From Halarcobacter sp. (lineage in GTDB: Bacteria; Campylobacterota; Campylobacteria; Campylobacterales; Arcobacteraceae), in contig CP182352.1 in NCBI GenBank assembly GCA_048571215.1, positions 672,001 to 736,000 of the forward strand: 64,000 nt of DNA, given 5' to 3'. The stretch's first letter is position 1; each line of letters starts with the position of its first letter. The translations under genes and the position numbers were made by a program. The notes under the pieces are model-generated. The model worked only from the letters and a program-made list of their open reading frames with translations. It searched no databases and was not told the DNA's origin. Below are positions 1 to 11,140 of this stretch, piece after piece.

Positions 1-759
1 TACATCTTTTTGTAAATCTTTTGGTAAAGATTTCCAGAATTTTTTAGACATTACAACTAAATATCCTAAGTAACCATGGTTAGAAATTGTTAAATATTTT
101 TGTACTTCATGGAATTTTTTAGTATAGATATTTGAAATTGGGTTTTCTGCTGCATCAATAACACCTTGTTGTAAACCTGAATAAACTTCAGAAAATGGCA
201 TCATTTGAGGGTTTCCACCAACAGCTTTCATTTGAGCTTCAAGTACTTTTGAAGACATAATTCTAAATTTTTGTCCTTCAGCATCTTCTGGCATAATTAA
301 AGCTTTTTTAGAAGATGAGAATTGTTTAAATCCATTATCCCAAAAATCTAAAGCTACAATACCTTTTGCAGTAACCATACCTTTAAGTTTTCTACCAACT
401 TCACCATCTTGAACTCTATGTAAATGATCAATATCATTAAATAAAAATGGTAAATCAAATAATGCTAATTGAGGTACGATTTTACCAAATTTAGAAAAAG
501 ATGGTGCCGCCATTTGTACTGAGTTAAGTCTTAATGCTTTAACAACTGCGTTATCGTTATATAACTGAGATGATGGGTAAACTTGAACATCAATTCTACC
601 TCCTGATAACTCTTCTAACCTTTTTTCAAAATACTTAGCTGCTTTCCCTTTTGGTGTATTCTCACTAACAACGTGAGAAAACTTTAGTGTATACTCAGCT
701 GCCATTGCTGAAGTTGCCATTACAGCTGCTGCAACAGCAGTAGAAATTAGTTTTTTCAT
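1..759 (-). CDS. dctP: TRAP transporter substrate-binding protein DctP (runs off the left edge)
   Basis: Manual minus-strand translation MKKLISTAVAAAVMATSAMAAEYTLKFSHVVSENTPKGKAA...VQVYPSSQLY...LFDLPFLF; signal peptide; AAGGAG RBS upstream. Not in the ORF track because its stop is outside the window. Confidence 0.9.
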   Translation of the reverse strand, partial: MKKLISTAVAAAVMATSAMAAEYTLKFSHVVSENTPKGKAAKYFEKRLEELSGGRIDVQVYPSSQLYNDNAVVKALRLNSVQMAAPSFSKFGKIVPQLALFDLPFLFNDIDHLHRVQDGEVGRKLKGMVTAKGIVALDFWDNGFKQFSSSKKALIMPEDAEGQKFRIMSSKVLEAQMKAVGGNPQMMPFSEVYSGLQQGVIDAAENPISNIYTKKFHEVQKYLTISNHGYLGYLVVMSKKFWKSLPKDLQKDV

Positions 760-1004
760 TTTCACTCCTTTTGTTTAATAGATATAAAAAAGTATAATCA
801 AAATTTGTGTAATTGTTATGTATAAAAACACGAATTTTGAAAAAAAACTTAAGTAAAATAGCATGAACGTAGCATTTTGTATATATTAAGCTTAAATTAA
901 TATACTGCTAAAGAATAATTACTATTAGAAGTTTCTTTAGTAGTTTGATTTATACTTAAAATTGTAGGCATTTTTTTTTAACCATCTTTTAATCAAAAAA
1001 AAAG

Positions 1005-1010
1005 TATAAT
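1005..1010 (+). promoter_or_regulatory. Putative sigma70 -10 box for gltBD
   Basis: TATAAT ~45 nt upstream of the likely gltB start. Confidence 0.45.
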
Positions 1011-1053
1011 CCCCCACTTTATGAGGAATATAAAGATTAAAACACAAAGGATA

Positions 1054-4000
1054 ATGATGGGAAGTAATTTAGATTTATTAACTTCTTTTAAAGATAATTG
1101 TGGTTTTGGTTTAATGGCTGACTTAAAGAACAGACCAAGTCATGAAAATTTAGAAGACGCTATAACTTCGCTTGAGCGAATGATGCACAGAGGTGCAGTG
1201 GCAGCAGATGGTAAAACAGGAGATGGTTCTGGACTACTATTATCTATGCCAAATAAATTTATGAGAAAAATTGCAACTGAACAAGGTATTGACTTACCTG
1301 AAAGTTATGCAGTAGCAATGATATTTACAAAAGATTTAAAAGATATTGATACTTTTGAAGACCATTGTGAAAACAATGATTTAAAAGTGTTATTTACAAG
1401 AGAAGTACCTGTTGATAAAAATGCCTTAGGTCAACAAGCACTTGACTCTTTACCACACATAATTCAAGTTTTTGTAAGCGCCAATGCAGTTATGACTGCA
1501 AAAAGATTTGATGCAATGCTTTATTTAACTAGAAAAGAGTGTGAACATAAATTAATAGATAAAAAAGATTTTTATATTCCAACATTTTCTTCAAAAGTTA
1601 TTGCGTACAAAGGGCTAATAATGCCTACGCATATCAAACATTTTTATATAGATTTAAGAGATGAAGATTTTAAAATTTCATTTGCTCTTTTTCACCAAAG
1701 ATTTTCAACAAATACTTTACCACAATGGAAACTGGCACAACCATTTAGAGCTATTGCACATAATGGGGAGATTAACTCTGTTGAGGCAAATAGATTTAAT
1801 GTACAAATTAAATCAGAACAAATTAAATCAGAAGTATTTACAGATGAAGAGATAAAAAGAATTTTACCAATTCTTCAAATAGGTAGTTCAGATTCTGCTT
1901 CATTAGATAATATGTTTGAGTTTTTAGTTGCAAATGGGGTAGACTTTTTTAAAGCTGCAAGAAGTTTGGTTCCTGCACCGTGGCAAAATGCTCCACATAT
2001 GGATTCTGATTTAAGAGCATTTTATGAATATACTTCAACTGCAATGGAAGCTTGGGATGGACCTGCTGCTGTATCTTTAACAGATGGTAGACATATTGGG
2101 TGTTTAATCGATAGAAATGGATTAAGACCATCTAAATATGTTATTACAAAAGATTTTAAGATGTATATTACATCTGAATATGGTACTTTAGCATTAGATG
2201 AAGATAATATTATTGAAAGAGGAAGACTTCAATCTGGACAAATGATTGGTGTTGATCTTAAACATGGAAAAGTTTTAAAAGAAGATGATATTAATAACTA
2301 CTTGAAATCATGTCAAAACTATGGAAAATGGCTTAACAATGATATGGAATACTTACAAGAGTATATTGATGAATCATTTTTAGATACAAGCGATTATGAG
2401 TTAGAAGAGTTAGAGAAAAAACAAAAATACTTTAATATTACATATGAAGTATTAGATCAAATGATTGAGCCAATGGCAAAAGATGGTAAAGAACCAGTTG
2501 GTTCTATGGGTGATGATACTCCTTTAGCATGTTTTTCACAGGTAAGTAGAAATTTTAGTGACTTCTTTAGACAAAAATTTGCTCAAGTTACAAATCCACC
2601 AATTGACCCATATAGAGAAAAAATTGTTATGTCTTTGGAAACAGGTTTTGGTCATGTTCATAATATTTTAGATGAAAAACCAGAATATGCAAAAAGACTT
2701 AAAGTAGCAAGTCCTATTTTAATGAAAGAAAAATTTGATGTTCTTTATTCTTTTGGTGATCCATCATCTCCACGATATGATGAATATTATAAAAATAGAG
2801 TATTCTCAACAACTTTTAAATCAGATTTAAAAACCGCTTTAGATAAATTAGCTTCATATGTAATAAAAGCAGTAAAAGAAGATAAAGTTACTGTTGTAAT
2901 TTTAAGTGATAAAGATATTAGCCGTAATGTAAAATCAATCCCAATGGCAATGGCAGTTGGATTTGTAAATGAACAACTTCTTAAAGAAGGAGTTAGACAT
3001 CATGCTTCTATTTTAGCTGAAACAGGTGAGGTTTATGATCCACATATGGCTGCTGTATTAGTAGGATATGGAGTTACTGCAATCTATCCATATATGATGT
3101 ATGCATCAACAGTTGCACTTTATGAGAGAAAGGGTGTTACAAAATATGAGATGCAAAGAGTTCTTAAAAATACTCAAAAAGCTATAAATGCTGGACTATT
3201 AAAAATTATGTCTAAAATGGGTATTTGTACAATTGCAAGTTATAGAAACTCAAGATTATTTGACGTTATTGGATTAAGTGATGAGATAATTGAAAGTTGT
3301 TTTGAAGGAAGTCATTCTGATTTAGCAGGACTTACTTATAAAGATATAGAAAAAAGAATTGAAAAACAACATTTTAATGCCTTTTTTGATAATAAACATA
3401 TGTTCCCTCTAGAACTAGGTGGATTTTATAAATACACTAATGGTGGTGAATATCACGATTATGGTCCAAATACAACAAGAGCTATGCATAATAAACATGC
3501 AGTAGTAAAAGAGGATATTTCAGATTTTGATAAGCTAAAAGAATTAGTTGAAACTAGAGATAAAAAATTTATCAGAGACTTTTTAGAGTTTAATTCTGAT
3601 AGAAAACCTATAGATGTAAGTGAAGTTGAGTCTATTGAAGATATCTTTAAAAGATTTGCAACTGCTGCTATGTCTTGTGGTTCTATTTCGCCAGAAGCTC
3701 ATGAAGCTATGGCAATGGCTATGAATACTATTGGTGGTATGAGTAACTCAGGTGAGGGTGGAGAAGATCCAAAAAGATTTGGAACACTTAAAAACTCAAA
3801 AATTAAACAAGTTGCTTCAGGAAGATTTGGAGTAACTCCAGGATATTTAAGAAGTGCTCAAGAGATTCAGATTAAAGTTGCACAAGGTGCAAAACCAGGT
3901 GAAGGTGGACAATTACCAGGGCATAAGGTAACAAACCTTATTGCTACTTTAAGACATACAATTCCAGGGGTAACTTTAATCTCTCCACCTCCTCATCATG

Positions 4001-5493
4001 ATATTTATTCTATTGAGGATTTAGCTCAATTGATTTTTGACTTAAAACAAATTAATCCAGATGCAAAAATCACAGTTAAATTGGTATCAACTATAGGTGT
4101 TGGTACAATTGCTGCTGGTGTTGCTAAAGCTTATGCAGATAGAATTGTTATCTCAGGTGCTGATGGTGGTACAGGTGCTGCTCCATTAACATCAATCAAG
4201 CATACTGGTAACCCTTGGGAAATGGGATTATCAGAAGCTCACAATGCCTTAAAAGCTAACCATTTAAGAGAATCAGTTCATGTTCAAACTGATGGTGGAT
4301 TAAAAACAGGTCTGGATGTGGTAAAGGCTGCATTACTTGGAGCTGAATCATATGCTTTTGGTACAGCTGCTTTAACTTTACTTGGATGTAAAATTTTAAG
4401 AATTTGTCACACAAATAAATGTTCTGTTGGTGTTGCTACCCAAGATGAAGATTTAAGAGCACATTTTACAGGAACAGTAGAAAGACTTATATCATATTTT
4501 AATTTTATTGCAAGTGATGTTCGAAATATTCTTGCTAAACTTGGTTATAAATCAATTGAAGAGATTGTTGGTAGAAGTGATTTATTAAAAGTTATTGATG
4601 ATGAGTTTGCTAAGAAATTTGACTTTCAAAATGTTTTAAGAAGAGTTGATGGTATTAATACTTGTCAAAAAGAAAAAAATGAGCCATTTGATAAAAATAA
4701 GTTTGAAAAAGAGTTACTTAAAAAAGTACATAAAACTATTGAAAAACCAACGGTTCCTATAAAAGTAAAAGAAAAAATCTCTAACTTAAATAGAAGTTTC
4801 GGAACACTTATTTCTGGAGAAATTGCAAAATACTATGGTGATGCAGGACTTCCTGATGGTTCAATAAACTTTTTCCTAAAAGGTATTGCAGGTCAATCAT
4901 TTGGAGCATTTTTAAGTAAAGGTATGAATCTTTATTTAGAAGGTGCAGCAAATGATTATGTTGGTAAAGGTATGAATGGTGGTAAAATCATTGTAAATAC
5001 ACTTCATCAAGGTCCAGAGTTTGCAGGTGCTGGTAATACATGTTTATATGGTGCAACTGGTGGTAAACTATTTGTTAGAGCTGCAGTTGGTGAAAGATTC
5101 GGTGTTAGAAACTCAGGTGCTACTGCTGTTGTAGAGGGTACAGGGGATAATGCTTGTGAATATATGACTGGTGGTATTGTTGTTATTTTAGGAGATACTG
5201 GGATAAATTTTGGTGCTGGTATGACAGGTGGATTATCATTTGTATATGACCCACAAAAAACCTTTGTAGATAAGATGAACCAAGAGTTAATTGAAGCTGT
5301 AAGAATCGACACAGATGATACAGAAAGAGAAAGATTATTTTTAAAAAGACTATTAATGGAATATTTAAATGAAACAGAATCTTTAAGAGCTGAAGGTGTT
5401 TTAGAAAACTTTAGAGCAGAAGTAAGAAACTTCTGGATGGTTAAACCTAAAAACATGACTGTATTACCTTTAAATCCCGATGAAGGAGACTAA
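1054..5493 (+). CDS. gltB: Glutamate synthase large subunit
   Basis: DNCGFG amidotransferase N-terminus, FHQRFSTNT, QVASGRFGV, GAKPGEGGQLPG, 3Fe-4S CKILRICHTNKC. Start moved from 1021 to ATG 1054/1057 behind AAAGGA. Confidence 0.97.
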   Translation: MMGSNLDLLTSFKDNCGFGLMADLKNRPSHENLEDAITSLERMMHRGAVAADGKTGDGSGLLLSMPNKFMRKIATEQGIDLPESYAVAMIFTKDLKDIDTFEDHCENNDLKVLFTREVPVDKNALGQQALDSLPHIIQVFVSANAVMTAKRFDAMLYLTRKECEHKLIDKKDFYIPTFSSKVIAYKGLIMPTHIKHFYIDLRDEDFKISFALFHQRFSTNTLPQWKLAQPFRAIAHNGEINSVEANRFNVQIKSEQIKSEVFTDEEIKRILPILQIGSSDSASLDNMFEFLVANGVDFFKAARSLVPAPWQNAPHMDSDLRAFYEYTSTAMEAWDGPAAVSLTDGRHIGCLIDRNGLRPSKYVITKDFKMYITSEYGTLALDEDNIIERGRLQSGQMIGVDLKHGKVLKEDDINNYLKSCQNYGKWLNNDMEYLQEYIDESFLDTSDYELEELEKKQKYFNITYEVLDQMIEPMAKDGKEPVGSMGDDTPLACFSQVSRNFSDFFRQKFAQVTNPPIDPYREKIVMSLETGFGHVHNILDEKPEYAKRLKVASPILMKEKFDVLYSFGDPSSPRYDEYYKNRVFSTTFKSDLKTALDKLASYVIKAVKEDKVTVVILSDKDISRNVKSIPMAMAVGFVNEQLLKEGVRHHASILAETGEVYDPHMAAVLVGYGVTAIYPYMMYASTVALYERKGVTKYEMQRVLKNTQKAINAGLLKIMSKMGICTIASYRNSRLFDVIGLSDEIIESCFEGSHSDLAGLTYKDIEKRIEKQHFNAFFDNKHMFPLELGGFYKYTNGGEYHDYGPNTTRAMHNKHAVVKEDISDFDKLKELVETRDKKFIRDFLEFNSDRKPIDVSEVESIEDIFKRFATAAMSCGSISPEAHEAMAMAMNTIGGMSNSGEGGEDPKRFGTLKNSKIKQVASGRFGVTPGYLRSAQEIQIKVAQGAKPGEGGQLPGHKVTNLIATLRHTIPGVTLISPPPHHDIYSIEDLAQLIFDLKQINPDAKITVKLVSTIGVGTIAAGVAKAYADRIVISGADGGTGAAPLTSIKHTGNPWEMGLSEAHNALKANHLRESVHVQTDGGLKTGLDVVKAALLGAESYAFGTAALTLLGCKILRICHTNKCSVGVATQDEDLRAHFTGTVERLISYFNFIASDVRNILAKLGYKSIEEIVGRSDLLKVIDDEFAKKFDFQNVLRRVDGINTCQKEKNEPFDKNKFEKELLKKVHKTIEKPTVPIKVKEKISNLNRSFGTLISGEIAKYYGDAGLPDGSINFFLKGIAGQSFGAFLSKGMNLYLEGAANDYVGKGMNGGKIIVNTLHQGPEFAGAGNTCLYGATGGKLFVRAAVGERFGVRNSGATAVVEGTGDNACEYMTGGIVVILGDTGINFGAGMTGGLSFVYDPQKTFVDKMNQELIEAVRIDTDDTERERLFLKRLLMEYLNETESLRAEGVLENFRAEVRNFWMVKPKNMTVLPLNPDEGD

Positions 5494-5496
5494 GAG

Positions 5497-6870
5497 ATGT
5501 TAAACTTTACTAAATTTGAAAGAATCAATCCTGAAAAAAGGGATGTATTACAAAGATTAAAAGATTACAATGAAGTTTATCAAGTATTTGAAAAACAAAG
5601 AGCAAAAGAGCAATCTGATAGATGTATGCAATGTGGAGATCCATACTGTCATACGGGATGTCCATTAGGAAACTTTATCCCTGCTTGGTTAAAACAAACA
5701 GCAGAAGATAATCCTGATTTGGCTTTTGCTTTATCAAATGAAACATCTCCTTTCCCTGAAATTTTAGGAAGAATTTGTCCTCAAGATGTATTATGTGAAG
5801 GTGCATGTTCTCTTAACACTGGTCATGGAGCAGTATCTATTGGAGCTATTGAAACTTCATTGAATGAGAAAGCATTTGAAAATGGAATGAAACCTAAATT
5901 TTCTCCTATTAAAGGTGATAAAAAAGTGGCTATTATTGGTTCTGGACCATCTGGAATATCTGCTGCAACTTTTTTACTTAGACGTGGAATTGCTGTTGAA
6001 ATGTTTGAAAGAGAAGATAGAGCTGGTGGATTATTGATGTATGGAATTCCAGGGTTTAAACTTGATAAAACTACAGTTAATAGAAGAGTTAATTGGTTAT
6101 TAGAAGCAGGAATGAAACTACATCTAAATTGTGAAATAGGTAAAGATAAGTCAGTAGCTGACTTGGAAGCTGAATTTGACGCAATATATGTAGGTATTGG
6201 TGCAAAAGCAGGTAGATGGGCTCAAATTGCTGGTGAAGATGCATCAAATGTACATTTAGCTATGGAGTTTTTAACTGGCTTACAAAAAAGAAATCTAAAT
6301 CATAAAGAAGAGTATATTGATGTTAAAGATAAAAATGTAGTTGTAATTGGTGGTGGAGATACTGCTATGGACTGCGTTAGAAGTTCAGTTAGAGAGGGTG
6401 CAAAATCTGTTAAATGTCTTTATAGAAGAGATGAAGCAAATATGCCAGGAAGTAAAAAAGAGGTAGTTAACGCAAAAGAAGAGGGTGTTGAGTATCTATT
6501 TAATGTAAGTCCTAAGTCTATTATCACAAAAGATGGTATTGCAACAGGAATAGAGTTATTAGAAACTTCTATGAGTCAAGCAGATGAATCTGGTAGACAA
6601 AGAGTTGTTATAAATGAAGGAAGTGAATTTGTAGAAGAAGCAGATGTTATTATCATGGCATTAGGTTTTTCTCCTGAAGTTCCAGAATTTTTAAGTAATG
6701 CTAATATTAAAACAAATACTTGGGGTGGGATTGAAGCAAATGAAAAATATCAAACTTCAAATCCTAAGTTTTATGCAGGTGGTGACTGTAAAAGAGGTGC
6801 TCACCTAGCTGTTACAGCAGCAGCAGATGGTAGAGAAGCAGCAAAAGAGATTATCAAAGCATTAGTTTAA
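5497..6870 (+). CDS. gltD: Glutamate synthase small subunit
   Basis: RCMQCGDPYC..GCP Fe-S motifs, GSGPSG and GGGDTAMD Rossmann motifs; follows gltB. Confidence 0.96.
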   Translation: MLNFTKFERINPEKRDVLQRLKDYNEVYQVFEKQRAKEQSDRCMQCGDPYCHTGCPLGNFIPAWLKQTAEDNPDLAFALSNETSPFPEILGRICPQDVLCEGACSLNTGHGAVSIGAIETSLNEKAFENGMKPKFSPIKGDKKVAIIGSGPSGISAATFLLRRGIAVEMFEREDRAGGLLMYGIPGFKLDKTTVNRRVNWLLEAGMKLHLNCEIGKDKSVADLEAEFDAIYVGIGAKAGRWAQIAGEDASNVHLAMEFLTGLQKRNLNHKEEYIDVKDKNVVVIGGGDTAMDCVRSSVREGAKSVKCLYRRDEANMPGSKKEVVNAKEEGVEYLFNVSPKSIITKDGIATGIELLETSMSQADESGRQRVVINEGSEFVEEADVIIMALGFSPEVPEFLSNANIKTNTWGGIEANEKYQTSNPKFYAGGDCKRGAHLAVTAAADGREAAKEIIKALV

Positions 6871-7608
6871 ATGTTTGATTATAACTCATTTAGAAATGCA
6901 GTTATAGAAGCCAACAGTGAGCTTTATGAGTATATAAATACTCATCTAAGCTCAGCTGATTTAGAAGACTCTAATACTATTAGTTACGGTGGTGACCATA
7001 GCCTAAATATAGATTTAAAAGCAGAAAATATTTTTATAAAATACTTGTCATCTTTTGGAGATATTTTTTCAGAAGAGATTGGATTAGTATCTTCAAACTC
7101 TAATATAAAAATCATAATTGATCCCCTTGATGGTAGTAATAACTTCCTATCAAATCTACCATATTTTGCAACATCAGTTGCATTAAAAATAGATAATGAG
7201 TTAAAAGCTGGGTATATTTGTAACTTAGTAAATGGGATTTTAATATTTAGAGAAAATAATTTAGAAGTTAGACAACTATCAATTTTAACAAAAAAATTTA
7301 TCCCTTTGTATCATTTGAAGTCTCCAAGTATTGCTATTTTTGAAAGGGCATATAGGTTCTTAAATATAAGTAAAAAGCTTTCTGAAAATAAAATAAAATA
7401 CCGAAGTTGTGGGGCTATAGCCTTATCTTTGGCAAATGCTAGAAATTATAAATTTGTATTATTTGCAGGTCAAATTAGAGAGTTTGATATAGCAGCTGGT
7501 ATATATATAAATGGTAACTTAAATATATACCAAAATAATAAATTTCTATTAGTTTGCAAAAACAAAGAGTATTTTGAGTTTATTAAAGAAATTATTAAAC
7601 AAGAATAG
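6871..7608 (+). CDS. Inositol monophosphatase/FBPase-family protein
   Basis: FSEE, IIDPLDGSNNF, FDIAAG motifs. Confidence 0.85.
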   Translation: MFDYNSFRNAVIEANSELYEYINTHLSSADLEDSNTISYGGDHSLNIDLKAENIFIKYLSSFGDIFSEEIGLVSSNSNIKIIIDPLDGSNNFLSNLPYFATSVALKIDNELKAGYICNLVNGILIFRENNLEVRQLSILTKKFIPLYHLKSPSIAIFERAYRFLNISKKLSENKIKYRSCGAIALSLANARNYKFVLFAGQIREFDIAAGIYINGNLNIYQNNKFLLVCKNKEYFEFIKEIIKQE

Positions 7609-7902
<294 letters not shown>

Positions 7903-7903
7903 A

Positions 7904-9376
7904 ATGGCCAAAATAACAACTATTATCGACATTGGGTCTAACTCAATGCGAATGGTTGTATTTGAAAAGAGTAGTCGTTACGCTTTTAACCTTATAAATG
8001 AAACAAAAGCGAGAGTTAAAATATCTGAAGGGTGTTATGAGAATGATGGTAACCTTCAAGAAAATGCAATGGAAAGAGCATTTAACTCTTTAGAATCTTT
8101 TTTAAATATATCCAAAGCCTTAAAATCGAGAAAAACTATGTGTGTTGCAACCTCTGCCTTAAGAGATGCACCAAATGCAAATAAGTTTTTATCAAAAGTT
8201 AAAAATGAGTTAGGTCTTAACATAAGAGTTATAGATGGACCAAAAGAAGCATACTATGGTGGTGTTGCTGCTTTGAATTTGATTTTTGGAAGTAACTTTG
8301 TAACAGTTGATATTGGTGGTGGTTCAACTGAATTTGCATTTATAAAAGATGGAAAGATTGAAGAGTGTTTATCTTTAAATATAGGAACAGTAAGACTCAA
8401 TGAACTTTTTTTTAGAAAAGGTGATATAAATGGAGCAAGAGCTTATATTTTAGAAAAATTAAATGAGGTAAAAGATTGTGGATATGAACTTCCTTCAACT
8501 GTTGTTGGTATTGGTGGGAGTATAAGAGCATTAAGTAAAATTATTATAAAACAAAATAGTTACCCTTTAGATATTTTACATGGCTTTACCTATGAATATC
8601 AAGCAAATAAATATATTTTTAAAGCAATTGTTGAAGCAAAAGATGAAAAATCCTTAAAAGACTTGGGTGTTAAAAAAGAGAGATTTGATACTATAAAAGA
8701 GGGTACTTTTATATTTAATACTATTTTAGAAGAGTTAAGTATACAAAAAGTTATAACTTCAGGTGCAGGTGTTAGGGAAGGTGTATACTTAGCAGACCTT
8801 CTTAGAAGTTCTAACTGTAAATTTCCTGGAAATTTTAATATTAGTCTTAGAAGTATGCTTGATAGGTTTCAAATCGATGCAAAACAAAGTGCCTATTTAG
8901 GTAGAAATGCAGTGGCGATATTTGATGCCTTGGAACCTTTACATAATCTTGATATTAAATACAGAAAAAAACTTGTTGATGCTTCTAAGCTTCACTCAAT
9001 TGGAACAACACTTAACTTTTATAAATCAAATGATAATACTTTTGATTTTATCTTAAATGGTTTGAACTATGATATTAAACATACAACTAGGGTTGTTGTA
9101 GCTCATATTATAAAATTCTCTAAAAAGTCTTTACCAGAACAAGAAGATTTAATGCAATATGGAAAATTACTACCTAGCTTAGAAGCTATGCAATGGTTGT
9201 CTTTTATGATATCAATTAATCTTACTATTAATCAAGATTTTTCTATGCCAAATGTAGAGTATAAAATAAAAAACAATAAACTTAAAATTTATCTTTTAAA
9301 ACCTAATTATTTAATTCAAAGTGATATAGAAAAAATTCAAACTCCAAAAGGGCTTAAGGTAAAAGTTATATGTTAG
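7904..9376 (+). CDS. ppx: Ppx/GppA exopolyphosphatase
   Basis: IDIGSNSMR, VATSALRDA, DIGGGSTE, GVREG. Confidence 0.9.
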   Translation: MAKITTIIDIGSNSMRMVVFEKSSRYAFNLINETKARVKISEGCYENDGNLQENAMERAFNSLESFLNISKALKSRKTMCVATSALRDAPNANKFLSKVKNELGLNIRVIDGPKEAYYGGVAALNLIFGSNFVTVDIGGGSTEFAFIKDGKIEECLSLNIGTVRLNELFFRKGDINGARAYILEKLNEVKDCGYELPSTVVGIGGSIRALSKIIIKQNSYPLDILHGFTYEYQANKYIFKAIVEAKDEKSLKDLGVKKERFDTIKEGTFIFNTILEELSIQKVITSGAGVREGVYLADLLRSSNCKFPGNFNISLRSMLDRFQIDAKQSAYLGRNAVAIFDALEPLHNLDIKYRKKLVDASKLHSIGTTLNFYKSNDNTFDFILNGLNYDIKHTTRVVVAHIIKFSKKSLPEQEDLMQYGKLLPSLEAMQWLSFMISINLTINQDFSMPNVEYKIKNNKLKIYLLKPNYLIQSDIEKIQTPKGLKVKVIC

Positions 9377-10278
9377 AAAAAGTTTTATATATATTGTTTT
9401 TAAGCTTTGTAAAACTAATGCAAATTTTGCCTCAAAAACTAAGAAGGGCTATATTACTTTTATTTTCAAAAATAGTATATCTTTTTGCTGCAAAAACAAA
9501 CTCTATAATAAAAGCTAATCTAAAATTTGTTTATAAAGATATTAGTGAAGATGATATAAAGAAGATTCAAAAATATTCTTATTTTAATATAACCCTTTGG
9601 ATTTTGAGTTTAATTGAAAATCCAATCATAAGTGATGATGAGTTAAAAAATAGTGTAGAGATAGAAAATTTAGAGATTTTTGAAAAATTAAAAAGTGAAA
9701 ATAAGCCAATAATACTTATCTCTGCACACTTTGGGAATATGGAGGTTCTAAGTAGCTATTTAAATAGATTTATAACTCCAATAATTCAAGTTGCAAGGGA
9801 ATCTAACTTTAAACAAATCGATAATTATATTGTAAAAAGTAGAGAAAGATTTGGAGCAAAAATTATATTTAGGGCTGGTGCTTTAAAACATCTATATAAA
9901 GCTTTAAAACGTAAAGAGGTTATTTCATTAATAATCGATCAAAGTATAAATAGTAATGAAGGTATAGAAGTTGATTTATTAGGTAAAAAATGTAACCAAA
10001 CAACATCAACTGCTGTTTTTGCTAGGAAATTTGATGCTTATATACTTCCTGTGGCAATATTTAATCAAGATGATTACAAATATAAGATTAAGTTTTATGA
10101 TTATATAAATCCTATAAATAGTGATAATTATGATGATGATATAAAACAACTCTCTCAATTGCAAGCTAATGTAATATCTGCTATAATTAATGAGGATAAA
10201 AAACAGTGGTTTTGGCCACATAAAAGATTTAAAACTCATAATAAAGAGATATATGAAAAGAATTTTAATAATAAGTGA
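9370..10278 (+). CDS. Lipid A late acyltransferase (LpxL/HtrB family)
   Basis: SAHFGNME, LIIDQ, QWFWPHKRFK. Confidence 0.88.
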   Translation: MLEKVLYILFLSFVKLMQILPQKLRRAILLLFSKIVYLFAAKTNSIIKANLKFVYKDISEDDIKKIQKYSYFNITLWILSLIENPIISDDELKNSVEIENLEIFEKLKSENKPIILISAHFGNMEVLSSYLNRFITPIIQVARESNFKQIDNYIVKSRERFGAKIIFRAGALKHLYKALKRKEVISLIIDQSINSNEGIEVDLLGKKCNQTTSTAVFARKFDAYILPVAIFNQDDYKYKIKFYDYINPINSDNYDDDIKQLSQLQANVISAIINEDKKQWFWPHKRFKTHNKEIYEKNFNNK

Positions 10279-11128
10279 TGGAAAACCAGGACACTTAAAC
10301 CAATCAATCGCCTTTTGTAAAATCAAAAAGATAAGTTATGATATTTTAACTGTTGAGTATAAATCAAAGTTTTTTAAATCTTTGTCATATCTTTTTGATA
10401 AGATAGGTTTTTATACAAACTATTTGTATAAACCATATAAAAAAATTAATCATGAATTTTATGATGCTATAGTTTGTACAGGTTCAAGCACTTATTATCT
10501 AACAAAGTATTTATCAAAAGAGTATGATATAAAATCTATTGTTTTGATGTTACCAAAATCTTATAGGTATGAAGATTTTACTTATATTGTAGCCCAAGAA
10601 CATGATAATCCACCAAAATTAGATAACCTAATAAAGGTACCACTAAATATATCATTTTCAATACCAAAACATTTAATTAAAAATGAAACCAATAAAAAAG
10701 CTATAGGTATTATAGTTGGTGGGAATAATGCTATATTTACACTAAAAACTGAAGAGTTTAAAAAGCAATTAGATGGGATATTTGAAAAATATAAAAATCA
10801 TGCAAAATATATTACAACATCAAGAAGAACTCCAATACAAGTTGAAGAGTTGATTGAAAAGTATGAGTTTGATTATAAGCTTATCTATTCAAAACAACCA
10901 ACAATAAATCCAATACCTGATTTTTTAGAACTTTGTGAAGAGCTTTTTATCACAGTTGACTCAACATCAATGCTTAGTGAAGCAAGAGCAAATAGTGATG
11001 CAAAGATAAATATAATAAAACTTGAATCTAAAAAAGAGGATACAAAATACCATAAACTTGCCCAAAAAGTTGAAGCTTTAAACAGTAGAGTTAATTTTGA
11101 AAAAAAAATAATGAAAATAGAAATCTAA
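10253..11128 (+). CDS. ELM1/GtrOC1-family putative glycosyltransferase
   Basis: ISDGKPGHLNQS, TTSRRTP, TVDSTSMLSEA; start taken at MKRIL (10253). Confidence 0.8.
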   Translation: MKRILIISDGKPGHLNQSIAFCKIKKISYDILTVEYKSKFFKSLSYLFDKIGFYTNYLYKPYKKINHEFYDAIVCTGSSTYYLTKYLSKEYDIKSIVLMLPKSYRYEDFTYIVAQEHDNPPKLDNLIKVPLNISFSIPKHLIKNETNKKAIGIIVGGNNAIFTLKTEEFKKQLDGIFEKYKNHAKYITTSRRTPIQVEELIEKYEFDYKLIYSKQPTINPIPDFLELCEELFITVDSTSMLSEARANSDAKINIIKLESKKEDTKYHKLAQKVEALNSRVNFEKKIMKIEI

Positions 11129-11140
11129 CCAAGGTAAAAA